From an uncultured cyanobacterium (GTDB taxonomy: Bacteria; Cyanobacteriota; Cyanobacteriia; PCC-6307; Cyanobiaceae), in the NCBI GenBank assembly GCA_903934745.1, contig CAIZOZ010000062.1, positions 1,392 through 65,391 of the forward strand: a stretch of 64,000 nt of DNA. The letters run 5' to 3'. Both the position numbers and the translations under genes were made by a program. Every line of letters starts with the position of its first letter. The stretch's first letter is position 1. Under the pieces are notes generated by a model. That model was not told the origin of the DNA. It did not search any database and worked only from the letters and a program-made list of their open reading frames with translations. This document shows, in pieces, positions 41,960 through 51,520 of the stretch.

Positions 41960-42823
41960 TCAGGAGTCGCGTCCGCCACGGCTCCGTTTGGAGGTGCGAC
42001 GACGTTTCCGAAGCACGAACCGGTTGCTGGGCTTGTTGCGCTTGCGGGTCTTGTAGCCCAGGGCTGGTTTGCCCCAGGGTGTCACCGGGCCGGAACGACC
42101 GATCGGTGCCCGACCTTCGCCACCACCGTGGGGGTGGTCGCAGGGGTTCATGACACTGCCTCGCACCTGGGGCCGACGTCCCAGCCAGCGCTTGCGACCT
42201 GCCTTGCCCAGGCTGGTGTTGCGCTGTTCGCTGTTACCCACTTCACCGAGGGTGGCGTAGCACTCACGACGGACCAGGCGCACCTCGGTGGAGGGCAACT
42301 TGAGGGCGACGTAGTCACCCTCCTTGGCCATCACCTGGGCGCTGGCGCCAGCTGTGCGCACCATCTGGCCGCCACGACCGGCGTAGAGCTCGACGTTGTG
42401 AACACTGGAGCCGAGTGGGATCGCCGCCAGGGGCAGCGCATTGCCGTTCTCGATCGGTGCTTCCGGGCCGGAGACCAGGCTTTGACCGACTTCGAGACCA
42501 GCGGGAGCCAGGATGTAACGCTTCTCGCCATCGCTGTAATAGAGAAGCGCCAGCCGCGCATTGCGGTGCGGGTCGTAGTGGATCGCTGCCACTCGCGCTT
42601 CGACGCCGTGCTTGTCGCGACGGAAGTCGATGATGCGATAGAGCCGTTTGTGGCCGCCGCCGCGATGGCGGCAGGTGATCACACCGCGGTTGTTGCGACC
42701 CTTGCGGCGGTGCTTGGCGATGACCAGGCCGCGCTCCCTTTTCTTGCCGGTGATCTCGCTGAAGTCGGTGACGACCAGGGTGCGAGTGCCGGGGGTGTTG
42801 GGCCTGTAATTACGGATTGCCAT
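41960..42823 (-). CDS. rplB: 50S ribosomal protein L2
   Basis: 287 aa containing the [14 protein letters not shown] motif. Confidence 0.97.
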   Translation of the reverse strand: MAIRNYRPNTPGTRTLVVTDFSEITGKKRERGLVIAKHRRKGRNNRGVITCRHRGGGHKRLYRIIDFRRDKHGVEARVAAIHYDPHRNARLALLYYSDGEKRYILAPAGLEVGQSLVSGPEAPIENGNALPLAAIPLGSSVHNVELYAGRGGQMVRTAGASAQVMAKEGDYVALKLPSTEVRLVRRECYATLGEVGNSEQRNTSLGKAGRKRWLGRRPQVRGSVMNPCDHPHGGGEGRAPIGRSGPVTPWGKPALGYKTRKRNKPSNRFVLRKRRRTSKRSRGGRDS

Positions 42824-42838
42824 GACGTTTCAGACCCC

Positions 42839-43141
42839 TCAGGACTCAGGGAATAGCTGGATGGCGTTGCCTTCGGCGAGACGCACCACGGCCTTCTTCA
42901 CCTGGGCACGTTTGCCGGCGAAGCGTCCCACCCGACGGGAGCGACGGGGAGGATTCATGGTGCTGACACCGACGACTTTGACGCCGAACAAGGATTCGAC
43001 GGCCGCCTTGATGTCGGGCTTGGCAGCCCGATGGTCCACCTCAAAGGTGTACTGGTTGAGTTCGAGGGCTCGGGTGGCCTTCTCGGTGATCAGCGGGCGA
43101 CGGATCACATCCGCCAGCCGGCCTGCAAAACGTTCAGCCAT
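42839..43141 (-). CDS. rplW: 50S ribosomal protein L23
   Basis: 100 aa, full-length L23. It overlaps rplD by 8 nt. Confidence 0.95.
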   Translation of the reverse strand: MAERFAGRLADVIRRPLITEKATRALELNQYTFEVDHRAAKPDIKAAVESLFGVKVVGVSTMNPPRRSRRVGRFAGKRAQVKKAVVRLAEGNAIQLFPES

Positions 43142-43769
43142 CTCCGTAGACCTCCTGAATCTTCGCGAGTGCTTCTTCGTTCAACACCAATTTGTTGGCA
43201 TGGAGCAGATCGAAGACATTGAGCTGATCGGCGGCGATCAGCTTGACCCTCTCGAGATTGCGCACCGAGAGTTTGACGGCGTCGCTGGCGCCATCGATCA
43301 CCAGCAGCACCTTGGCATTGGCGGCGATGTCGAAGCGAGCCAGGGCCGCAATGATGTCTTTGGTCTTGGGGGTATCGAGGCCTTGGCCGAAGTCCCTCAC
43401 CACCGTGATGTCACCATTGCGGCTCATCAGGGCAGTGCGCAGGGCCAGGCGTCGCTCCTTGCGGTTCATGCCCAGCTCGTAGCTGCGGGGCTTGGGGCCG
43501 AAGGTGACGCCACCACCGGGACGCAGGGGCGTACGGATCGAACCCTGGCGGGCCCGGCCGGTGCCTTTCTGTTTGTAGGGCTTGCGGCCACCACCGGCTA
43601 CCTCGGCACGGGTGAGCGTGCTGGCGGTGCCCTGGCGGGCGTTGGCCAGCTGACGCACCACGGCGCGGTGCAGCAGATTGGCAGCGGAGGTTTCCTTGGC
43701 GACCTTGAGGTTCAGGGAGGCTTTGCCAGCTTCCTTGCCTTGCCAGTCGCGAATTACACAGTCAGTCAT
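43134..43769 (-). CDS. rplD: 50S ribosomal protein L4
   Basis: 211 aa containing [19 protein letters not shown]. Confidence 0.96.
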   Translation of the reverse strand: MTDCVIRDWQGKEAGKASLNLKVAKETSAANLLHRAVVRQLANARQGTASTLTRAEVAGGGRKPYKQKGTGRARQGSIRTPLRPGGGVTFGPKPRSYELGMNRKERRLALRTALMSRNGDITVVRDFGQGLDTPKTKDIIAALARFDIAANAKVLLVIDGASDAVKLSVRNLERVKLIAADQLNVFDLLHANKLVLNEEALAKIQEVYGDG

Positions 43770-43780
43770 GGTTCTCCTCC

Positions 43781-44428
43781 TCAGTTCGCGGCTTTGCTGC
43801 CCACCCGCTTGTGCGGGCGGATGTCGAGCAGGGCACCGGGCTTGCCGGGGACCGAACCCTTGACCACCAGCAGGTTGCGCTCGGTGTCCACCTTGAGGAT
43901 GACGAGCCCGCGGGTGGTGATCTGTTTGCCGCCGTAGCGACCGGCCATGCGCTTGCCGGGATAGACGCGACCCGGCGTGGTGCCGGCGCCAATCGAGCCG
44001 GGCTCGCGGTGATTCTTTGAACCGTGGCTCATCGGACCGCGGCTGAAGCCGTGGCGCTTCTGTAGGCCGGCGAAGCCACGACCCATGGTGTCGCCGCTGA
44101 CGTCGACTTTCTGGCCGGCTTCGAAATCCGCCACCGTGATGGCGCTGCCGAGTTCCAGACCGTCGACGCCTTCCACGCGGTATTCGCGCAGGTGGCGCAG
44201 TGGATCGCTGCCGGATTTGGCAAGGTGGCCACGGGCTGGTTTATTCACGAGTTTTTCGCGAATTTCACCGAACCCGATCTGCACGGCGGTGTAGCCGTCG
44301 ATCGCTTCGTTTTTAAGCTGGGTGATACGGCAGGGTCCCGCCTCGATCAAGGTGACCGGGATGGATCTGCCCTCGGGGTCGAAGAACTGGGACATGCCCA
44401 GTTTCTTCCCAAGAATGCCGATGGACAT
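43781..44428 (-). CDS. rplC: 50S ribosomal protein L3
   Basis: 215 aa starting [16 protein letters not shown]. It is the first gene of the cluster; rpsJ is not here, as is usual in cyanobacteria. Confidence 0.96.
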   Translation of the reverse strand: MSIGILGKKLGMSQFFDPEGRSIPVTLIEAGPCRITQLKNEAIDGYTAVQIGFGEIREKLVNKPARGHLAKSGSDPLRHLREYRVEGVDGLELGSAITVADFEAGQKVDVSGDTMGRGFAGLQKRHGFSRGPMSHGSKNHREPGSIGAGTTPGRVYPGKRMAGRYGGKQITTRGLVILKVDTERNLLVVKGSVPGKPGALLDIRPHKRVGSKAAN

Positions 44429-44618
44429 GGGAGGGAGAACAACGCCAGCTGGACTGCCGTTGCCGCAGCCTCCGGGAGGGAGGTTGGCGGCGCCGACTCC
44501 GTGCCGAAGGCACCGAGTTGGACGGCGGGGAGCTGAATTCGTGGAATCGCAATTAATGATGAACGAACCCGTAGATCCAGAGGATTCGGTTTCGGTCGTC
44601 AGGGGCTAGCGAGGCGAA

Positions 44619-44756
44619 TCAGCGGGCTGGGACTTCTCCGATGACGCCGTTGGGAGCGAACTCCTGACGGGCCTGGGCAGTTTCCCGACGGTGCCAGTAG
44701 ATGAAGAAATGAGTCCTTCGCTTCCTGGTTCCGTACTGGCCTGGAGAGATCGTCAC
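44619..44756 (-). CDS. candidate untracked small basic ORF (45 aa, GTG or TTG start)
   Basis: - Hand translation gives (M)TISPGQYGTRKRRTHFFIYWHRRETAQARQEFAPNGVIGEVPAR*.
- It is bounded upstream by an in-frame TAG.
- AGGGA lies about 14 nt before the GTG.
- It is in a different frame from the 73-aa track ORF.
- No homolog recognised. Confidence 0.3.
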   Translation of the reverse strand: MTISPGQYGTRKRRTHFFIYWHRRETAQARQEFAPNGVIGEVPAR

Positions 44757-44907
44757 CAATGACGATCCCTGTGCTGCGCTCTGGAGGCCCGGCTAGCGGA
44801 CGGGCACAGATCAACAGCACAAGAAACCAATGTACCTCATGGCCCCATGGCCCACCTTCTGGCCGCTGGGACTGTCAGACTCCCCCCCAGTGACGCTTGA
44901 CGCTCCG

Positions 44908-45369
44908 ATGCCCCTGCTGCTGACCGGCCGCGGTTTTCGCCAGGACCTCGAGCGCTCCGGAGCTCTGGCCTTGTATGTCCCCCTGGAGGGTGGCGCCGAA
45001 ACCAGGCTGCTGCGCCGGCTCCGGGCTGCCGGCTACCGGGCCCAGATGACCTCCGCCCGGGGCCTCGGTGATCCGGAGGCTTTTCTGTTTCAACTCCACG
45101 GGGTGCGCCCCCCCCATCTGGGTCATCAGAGCGTCGGCCGCGGAGCGGCTGTGGGTGAGGTGCAGCGGGTGATGCCCCTGCTTGGCCCCCAGTTTGAGGG
45201 CACGGCCCCTGTGCTGCTTTGGTTGCTGGAGGGTCAGGTGCTCTCAGCCGCTGAGTTGGCCGCCTTGTGTGGGCTCTGTCGCCGCGAACCGCGGCTCAAG
45301 GTGGTGGTGGAGATGGGCGGCTCCCGTGCTCTGCGCTGGCAGCCGTTGGAGCAGCTTGTAGGTGCCTGA
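44908..45369 (+). CDS. ndhN: NAD(P)H-quinone oxidoreductase (NDH-1) subunit N
   Basis: Start at ATG 44908 ([15 protein letters not shown]...). The [18 protein letters not shown] and GVRPPHLG segments are typical of NdhN. Confidence 0.85.
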   Translation: MPLLLTGRGFRQDLERSGALALYVPLEGGAETRLLRRLRAAGYRAQMTSARGLGDPEAFLFQLHGVRPPHLGHQSVGRGAAVGEVQRVMPLLGPQFEGTAPVLLWLLEGQVLSAAELAALCGLCRREPRLKVVVEMGGSRALRWQPLEQLVGA

Positions 45370-46669
45370 TCTTCAAGGACGACTGGCCCTGATCTGGGGT
45401 GTGTCGTTCTTTTCGGGTTCGCTGGCCCAGCTGGCGGCCCGCCTCAGCGGACTGCCAGCCGTGGTGCTGCTGCTGGCGACTGGTCTGCTGCTCGGTCGCG
45501 CCGGCTTCGGTTGGATCCAGCCGGATCAGCTGGGTCGCGGCCTGGAGCCTTTGGTGGGCCTGTTGGTGAGCCTGGTGCTCTTCGATGGCGGACTCAATCT
45601 GCGCTTGGCGGGGCGCGATCTGCAGCGCTCGGTGCTGCAGTTGGTGCTGGTGCGCTCGGTGCTCGGCCTGGCTGGTGGCGCCGCCCTGGCGCACTGGGTG
45701 GCTGGGCTCCCCTGGCCGCTGGCGTTGGTGTTTGGCGCCATCGCCCTGGCTACCGGCCCCACGGTGGTGAACCCCCTCGTGCGCCAGATGCGTCTCAGTC
45801 CTTTTCTGGGCCGGGTGCTGGAGGCGGAGGGTCTGATCCTGGAGCCGGTGAGTGCGGTGTTGGCTCTGCTGTTGCTGCAGCTGGCGCTCGGCGATCTGGG
45901 CGGTTGGCAGGATGTGGCCTGGCGCCTGTTGATGCGGCTGGGCGTGGGCGTCGGTCTGGGCGCCCTGGCCGGGCTGTTGCTGGCGCTGGTGCTGGAGCGG
46001 GTCGAGAGCGCTGAGCGTCAGGCCGGCTCCGGGGGAGCCGATCCGGCGGCTGGCGCCCTCTCCCTGCAACTCACCCTGGGCACCTTGTTCCTGTTGTTCA
46101 GTGGCTGCGAGGCTCTGCTGCCCGAGTCGGGTTTGCCGGCGGCGGTGAGTGCGGGCGTGGTGGTGGGGCTGCGCCTCGATACGGCGGCCAGTTCGCTCGA
46201 TGAGTTGATCTCCCAGTTGGCGATGCTGGCGATCACGGTGTTGTTCCCGCTGCTGGCGGCTGATGTGTCCTGGGCTGAACTGAGCCCGTTGGGGCTGGGG
46301 GGCGTGTTGTGCGTGGTGGGGCTGATGCTGCTGCGTCTTCTGGTGGTGATGTCGGCCGGTGTGGGGTTACCGCTGAACGGGCGCGAGAAGCTGCTGGTCA
46401 GCTGGATCGCCCCCCGCGGCATCGTCACCGCGGCGGTGGCCAGCCTGTTTGCCCTCGAGCTGGAGCAGGCGGGTGTGCCCGCCGCTGGCGCCCTCAAGGG
46501 GCTGGTGTTTCTCACCATCTTGATGACGGTGGGTCTGGGGGGCATCACGGCCCCTTGGCTTGCCAGCAAGCTGGGGCTGAGTGGGATGGAGCTGGCTCCG
46601 CAAGGTGAGGCCCCTCTTGCCAACACCGCTGACGCTGAGGGCGAAGCCCTGCCCAGTGGCAACGGCTGA
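45362..46669 (+). CDS. cation:proton antiporter (Na+/H+ exchanger, CPA1 type)
   Basis: 435 aa and polytopic, with the [10 protein letters not shown] motif characteristic of Na_H_Exchanger proteins. The GTG start overlaps the ndhN end by 8 nt. Confidence 0.8.
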   Translation: MPDLQGRLALIWGVSFFSGSLAQLAARLSGLPAVVLLLATGLLLGRAGFGWIQPDQLGRGLEPLVGLLVSLVLFDGGLNLRLAGRDLQRSVLQLVLVRSVLGLAGGAALAHWVAGLPWPLALVFGAIALATGPTVVNPLVRQMRLSPFLGRVLEAEGLILEPVSAVLALLLLQLALGDLGGWQDVAWRLLMRLGVGVGLGALAGLLLALVLERVESAERQAGSGGADPAAGALSLQLTLGTLFLLFSGCEALLPESGLPAAVSAGVVVGLRLDTAASSLDELISQLAMLAITVLFPLLAADVSWAELSPLGLGGVLCVVGLMLLRLLVVMSAGVGLPLNGREKLLVSWIAPRGIVTAAVASLFALELEQAGVPAAGALKGLVFLTILMTVGLGGITAPWLASKLGLSGMELAPQGEAPLANTADAEGEALPSGNG

Positions 46670-46716
46670 ATCGCTTGCCGGCTGAACGGTTGGGAGGATG
46701 GCTGCTCGTGCCCGCT

Positions 46717-47877
46717 ATGGCCATCGCCCCCGCCAGCCCCCCCCTTTTTCCCGAGCAGGCTCTGGCCCGGGGCCGCTGGGTGAAGTGGATTGGCGGTGCC
46801 AGCAATCAGGATCTCGCTGCGATCGAGGATCTGGCTGGCCTCTACAGCCTGGCGGGTGTTCACTGCCTCGATCTGGCGGCTGATCCGGCCGTGCTGGCGG
46901 CGGCCCGTCGTGGCATCAGCTGGGCCGAAAGCCGCGGCGCGGCCAGACCCTGGTTGATGGTGAGCCTCAGCGACGGGGCCGACCCCCACTTCCGCAAGGC
47001 CTGGTTCGATCCGGCCCGCTGCCCCCCCACCTGCCCGCGCCCCTGTGCGCGCGTCTGCCCGGCCCTGGCGATCCCGCCGCTGCAGCCAGGTGGTCTGCTG
47101 AATCTGGAGCTGGCCTCAGGGCCGACCCCCGGCCCGAGACCGGGCTCTGGTGCTGAGGCGTCCAGGGCCCTGCCAGCCGGTGTGCTGGCCAACCGCTGCT
47201 ACGGCTGCGGTCGCTGCCTGCCGGCCTGCCCCCTGGGGCTGATCCAGGAACGGGATCACAACCTGCCCGCCGCTCAGGTGGCCGACCTGTTGGCTGAGCT
47301 GCAACCCGATGCGGTCGAGCTTCATACCCGCATCGGTCGCGCCGATGCCTTCGCGGAGCGGCTGGAGCAGGTGCGCGCCTCCGGGGTGCCATTGCGACGG
47401 TTGGCGGTCAGTTGCGGTCTCGAATCGGCAGCGGGGGCGGCGGGCGTCAGTCCGGCAGCGCCCACGCCCGAGGCCTTGGCTCAGGAGCTCTGGCAGCGCC
47501 ATGGGCAGGTGCGGCAGGCGGGGCTGGCGCCGCTCTGGCAGCTCGACGGCCGGCCGATGAGCGGCGATGTGGGCGCCGGCACGGCCCGGGCCGCCGTGCG
47601 CCTGCTGCGAGCCGTGGCGCCGCTGGCGCCGCCGGGGCCGTTGCAGCTGGCGGGCGGCACGAATGAGCGCACCTTGCCCCTGGTGCAAGGGCTGGATCCA
47701 GCCCTGGCGCGAGCCGTGGCCGGGGTGGCCTTCGGCAGCGTCGCCCGGGCGCGCCTGCAGCCGCTGCTGCTGCAGGCCCAGGAGCGGGGCGGCCGGCTGC
47801 TTGATCAGGCCGATCTGCTGCCCCTCGCTGTTGCCATCAGCGCCGAGCTGGTGCGGCCCTGGCTGATCCGCGGCTGA
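46717..47877 (+). CDS. ldpA: LdpA-like iron-sulfur protein (light-dependent period modifier)
   Basis: - The N-terminus contains RWVKWIGGASNQDLAAIEDLAGLYSLAGVHCLDLAADPAV.
- Two Cys clusters are present (CPPTCPRPCARVCP and CYGCGRCLPACP).
- Start at ATG 46717 or TTG 46675. Confidence 0.65.
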   Translation: MAIAPASPPLFPEQALARGRWVKWIGGASNQDLAAIEDLAGLYSLAGVHCLDLAADPAVLAAARRGISWAESRGAARPWLMVSLSDGADPHFRKAWFDPARCPPTCPRPCARVCPALAIPPLQPGGLLNLELASGPTPGPRPGSGAEASRALPAGVLANRCYGCGRCLPACPLGLIQERDHNLPAAQVADLLAELQPDAVELHTRIGRADAFAERLEQVRASGVPLRRLAVSCGLESAAGAAGVSPAAPTPEALAQELWQRHGQVRQAGLAPLWQLDGRPMSGDVGAGTARAAVRLLRAVAPLAPPGPLQLAGGTNERTLPLVQGLDPALARAVAGVAFGSVARARLQPLLLQAQERGGRLLDQADLLPLAVAISAELVRPWLIRG

Positions 47878-47908
47878 ACCGCCGGGGTCGATCGCTTCAG
47901 GAGCCGCT

Positions 47909-48535
47909 TCAGGCGTCAGCTGGGCGGGGCAGCAGGGTCAGCGCGGCTTCGTTGAAGGCCATGGCGGGCCAGGTTTCAAGGCTGGCCAGGGCCCAGAGAT
48001 CGAAGCGTTCGGGTCGGCTCAGGGCCACCACCTGGGCGAAGCCCACCGCTTCCAGCGTGGCCACCAGGGCTGCCTGGTTGAAACCGCAGCGGTGGGCCAT
48101 GAACCGCTGTCCCGCCGCCAGGGATGGCCGATGGCCGTAGATCATGTCCAGGGGACTGATCGGGCCAGCCGGGCTCTGGTAAGCGGGTGGTGTGAGGCCA
48201 TGCTCCAGGATCTGCGCGGCGATGGCGTCCAGATCCGGACAGGTGATCAGGGCCAATCCCCCGGGGCGCAGCACCCGTTGGAACTCCGCCAGGGCGATGG
48301 GCACCTCGTGGGCTTCGAGATGCTCAATGTTGTGGGAGGAGAAGATCGCATCGACGCTGGCGTCGGCCACCTGGTCCATGGCCGTCATGCTGCCGATCAG
48401 ATCCGGGGCGACTGCGACATCGATGTCGAGGCGGATCTCCCGCCAGCCCAGAGAGGCGAAGGGCGTGTCGCCGATCCTGGCCGGCCCGCAGCCCACATGC
48501 AGCAGCGTGCCGCCGATGTTCAGGTCATGAGACAT
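47909..48535 (-). CDS. class I SAM-dependent methyltransferase
   Basis: LLHVGCGP (motif I) and LRPGGLALI (post-II). 208 aa. Confidence 0.75.
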   Translation of the reverse strand: MSHDLNIGGTLLHVGCGPARIGDTPFASLGWREIRLDIDVAVAPDLIGSMTAMDQVADASVDAIFSSHNIEHLEAHEVPIALAEFQRVLRPGGLALITCPDLDAIAAQILEHGLTPPAYQSPAGPISPLDMIYGHRPSLAAGQRFMAHRCGFNQAALVATLEAVGFAQVVALSRPERFDLWALASLETWPAMAFNEAALTLLPRPADA

Positions 48536-48611
48536 GCCAACACCTGTTCAGCCGCCATGGTGACGGGGGCCCCGTCGTCTTGCTCGCTGACGCTAGAACC
48601 GAAGCCTGGCG

Positions 48612-50345
48612 ATGGCCGCGATCCCGTTGCGCCCGCCACCCCAGCCATTGGTCGCCCTGCCCTCCCCCCCGACCCAGCGCATCACCGACGATCTCGATCG
48701 TCTGCTGGAGCTGCTGCCGCACAGCGTGCAGCAGCAGCTCGCCAGCTCCGCGGCCCGCGATGAGCTGCTGGAGGTGGTACTCGATCTGGGCCGGCTGCCT
48801 GAGGCCCGCTATCCCGGCCGGGCCGTGGCCCTTGGTGACGTGCCAATTGGCCGTGGCGATCTGCAGGGTGTGATCGAGCGGCTGGGACCCTTCGGTGGTG
48901 ACAACCGGGCTGGCATCGAATGCACCCTGCATCGCATCAGTGCCATCCGCAATCGCACCGGCGAGGTGGTGGGGCTCACCTGTCGGGTGGGTCGGGCCGT
49001 GTTCGGCACGGTGGCGATGGTGCGCGATCTGCTCGATTCCGGTGGTTCCATCCTGTTGATGGGCCGGCCCGGGGTGGGCAAGACCACGGCCCTGCGCGAA
49101 ATCGCCCGGGTGCTGGCCGATGACCTGTTGCGACGGGTGGTGGTGATCGACACCAGCAACGAGATCGCCGGAGATGGCGATATCCCCCATCCGGCCATCG
49201 GCCGGGCGCGGCGCATGCAGGTGGCCCGGCCGGAACTGCAGCACCAGGTGATGATCGAGGCCGTGGAAAACCACATGCCTGAGGTGATCGTGATCGATGA
49301 GATCGGCACGGAGCTCGAAGCGCAGGCGGCCCGCACCATTGCCGAGCGGGGCGTGATGCTGGTGGCCACGGCCCATGGCAACGAACTCGCCAATCTGATC
49401 AAGAACCCCACCCTCAGCGACCTGGTCGGTGGCATTCAATCGGTGACCCTGGGGGACGAGGAGGCGCGCCGCCGTCGCACCCAGAAGACTGTGCTGGAGC
49501 GGGCTGCCGAGCCCACCTTTGCGATGGCGGTGGAGATGCACAGTCGCCATCGCTGGTTGGTGCATCGCGAGGTGGCAGCCACCGTGGATCTGTTGTTGCG
49601 GGGTCAGAGTCCTCGCCCGGAGATCCGGGAACTCGGTGCGGACGGCCACCTGCTGCGGCGCGAGCTGGCCCCACTCGCGGCGCCGGCCCCCGCTCGCCCT
49701 GGGACCAGTCCGGTCGTCACGCCGATTCTCGGGTCGGGCCTGCGGGGCGGCAGGCCGCTCGCCGCTGTGCCCCTGCCCGATCCCTTCGCCTCCCCGTCGC
49801 GGGAGCCCCAGCTGGCTCCGCCGCAGACCCCAGCGCCGATGGCGGCACCTGCTCCCCTGCGCCTCTGCGCCCTCGGCCTGCCTCCCCAGCTGTTGCAGGA
49901 GGCCTTGCGCAGCAGCCGCTTACCGGCAGAAGTGGTGGCCGAACCCGAGCTCGCCGATGCCGTGCTCAGCCTGCGCGGTGAGCTGGGGCGCGATCCGGAG
50001 CTGCGGCGCCGGGCCCAGGCCCTGGGTCTGCCGATTCTGGTGATCAAGTCGGACAGCCTGCATCAGCTGCAGCGCGCCATTCAGCGGCTGCTGGAGCGCC
50101 GCCAGCCGCCGCTCGTGCCGGAAGCTCTCGCCAGCGGCCAGCGGCTGGATGATGACCATGGGGCCCTGGAGGAGTGCCGTCTGGCGGTGGAGCAGGTGGT
50201 GCTCCCCCAGGGGCGGCCGGTTGAGCTCCTGCCCCGCAGTGATCGAGTCAGGCGCATGCAGGAGGATCTGGTGCGCCACTACCGCTTGCGCTCTGCTGTC
50301 TTCGGGCGGGGAGCCCAGCAGCGGCTGCGGGTGTTTCCCCCATGA
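48612..50345 (+). CDS. Ycf45 / SpoIIIAA-like AAA ATPase with C-terminal R3H-like domain
   Basis: Walker A (GRPGVGKTT), Walker B (VIVIDEIG) and ATAHG. The C-terminal segment is LLPRSDRVRRMQEDLVRHYRLRSAVFGRGAQQRLRVF. Confidence 0.7.
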   Translation: MAAIPLRPPPQPLVALPSPPTQRITDDLDRLLELLPHSVQQQLASSAARDELLEVVLDLGRLPEARYPGRAVALGDVPIGRGDLQGVIERLGPFGGDNRAGIECTLHRISAIRNRTGEVVGLTCRVGRAVFGTVAMVRDLLDSGGSILLMGRPGVGKTTALREIARVLADDLLRRVVVIDTSNEIAGDGDIPHPAIGRARRMQVARPELQHQVMIEAVENHMPEVIVIDEIGTELEAQAARTIAERGVMLVATAHGNELANLIKNPTLSDLVGGIQSVTLGDEEARRRRTQKTVLERAAEPTFAMAVEMHSRHRWLVHREVAATVDLLLRGQSPRPEIRELGADGHLLRRELAPLAAPAPARPGTSPVVTPILGSGLRGGRPLAAVPLPDPFASPSREPQLAPPQTPAPMAAPAPLRLCALGLPPQLLQEALRSSRLPAEVVAEPELADAVLSLRGELGRDPELRRRAQALGLPILVIKSDSLHQLQRAIQRLLERRQPPLVPEALASGQRLDDDHGALEECRLAVEQVVLPQGRPVELLPRSDRVRRMQEDLVRHYRLRSAVFGRGAQQRLRVFPP

Positions 50346-50463
50346 GCCCCAGGCCTGTTGACGAAGGACCGGCCGCTGTGGGTAACTAGCAAGGCACCGG
50401 CTTCGCCGGAGCGCGTCGGTTTTCTGACCGAACCAACCCTGGTCTCTTTCGTGGACCAACCAA

Positions 50464-50535
50464 TGGGTCGTCGCCAAGCGGTAAGGCAGCGGGTTTTGGT
50501 CCCGCCATTCCTAGGTTCGAATCCTAGCGACCCAG
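50464..50535 (+). tRNA. tRNA-Gln (anticodon UUG)
   Basis: TGGGTCG acceptor pairing with CGACCCA, anticodon loop TTTTGGT, GGTTCGAATCC T-loop. 72 nt, followed by a T-rich tract. Confidence 0.9.
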
Positions 50536-50577
50536 TTTTTAGGTTTTTTGGCGTTCCAGCTCCGCTGGCATGAGCTG

Positions 50578-51336
50578 ATGGTCGCCGCTTCGCCCTCGGG
50601 CCCCTTGCTGGTCTTCGACTTTGATGGCGTGCTGGTGGATGGCATGCGCGAGTACTGGTGGTCGGCCCGTCGAGCCGCCCTGGGCCTGGCACCCGACCTC
50701 TCCCTGCCCGAGGAGCCCCCCGCCGGCTTCGCCCGCTTGCGGCCGCTGATCCATCACGGCTGGGAGATGGTGCTGATGGCGGCCGAGCTGGGCCGGGCCG
50801 ACGGCGATCTGGCTGGCCTCCTGGCCAATTACGACGGCGCCCTCAAGCCCGCTCTGGCGCGTTGGGGCTGGAGCCCCCAGCAGCTCCAGGGGGCTTTGGA
50901 GTCGGTCCGCTCCGAGGCCATCGCCAGCGACCGCAGCAGCTGGCTGGCCCTGCACCGCTTCTTTCCCGGCGTGCCCGAGCGCCTGGCTGCCCTCGAGCAG
51001 GAAGGGGCGTCCTGGGCGGTGCTCACCACCAAAGGACGAGCTTTCGCCGCGGAGTTGCTGGCCGCCGCCGCCCTGGAGCCGGCGGCTCTCTATGGCCATG
51101 AGCAGGGCAGCAAGACCGAGGTGTTGTTGCGGCTGCGGCAACGGCCCCTCTGGTTTGTTGAAGATCGCCGTCCCACCCTTGAGCTGGTGCGCGCTACCCC
51201 AGGCCTGGAGACGGTGCGCTGTTTTCTGGTGGCCTGGGGCTACCTGGCCCCGGGCGATCGCCAGGGGCTGGAGGAAGCCGATATCCACTGGCTGGAGCCG
51301 GCGACCTTCCAGTCCCCCCTGGCGCACTGGCCCTGA
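50578..51336 (+). CDS. HAD-superfamily hydrolase
   Basis: DxDGV motif I (VFDFDGVLVDG) and TTKG (motif II region). ATG 50578 is preferred over the TTG 13 nt after the tRNA. Confidence 0.75.
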   Translation: MVAASPSGPLLVFDFDGVLVDGMREYWWSARRAALGLAPDLSLPEEPPAGFARLRPLIHHGWEMVLMAAELGRADGDLAGLLANYDGALKPALARWGWSPQQLQGALESVRSEAIASDRSSWLALHRFFPGVPERLAALEQEGASWAVLTTKGRAFAAELLAAAALEPAALYGHEQGSKTEVLLRLRQRPLWFVEDRRPTLELVRATPGLETVRCFLVAWGYLAPGDRQGLEEADIHWLEPATFQSPLAHWP

Positions 51337-51344
51337 CCCGCTAG

Positions 51345-51358
51345 AGTACGCCCGTACT
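51345..51358 (+). promoter_or_regulatory. LexA box upstream of recA
   Basis: AGTACGCCCGTACT is a perfect AGTAC-N4-GTACT palindrome. It matches 13 of 14 positions of the cyanobacterial LexA consensus RGTACNNNDGTWCB. It overlaps a TACTAT -10-like hexamer, about 160 nt before the recA ATG. Confidence 0.65.
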
Positions 51359-51520
51359 ATGCGCAAGTGGTACGCCGGCCCCGGCCGGTGGCACTAGCTC
51401 TCCAGAGGTCGCAGGATGGCCACCGGACAGGTTCCGGTCGTGATCCGGCTCCTGGTTCCGGCGTCCAGCTCCGGTCCCAAGCTTCTGCCCTGCGGCCCGT
51501 TTCCATCGCTCATCCTTTCC

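Noticed and set aside
44599-44820. A 73-aa minus-strand track ORF between rplC and ndhN.
   Set aside because: The sequence is implausible (Pro/Arg/Ser-rich). A different frame in the same region gives a more protein-like 45-aa ORF, which is reported separately at low confidence.
50358-50573. A 71-aa ORF covering tRNA-Gln.
   Set aside because: It overlaps a well-folded tRNA gene and is a spurious translation.
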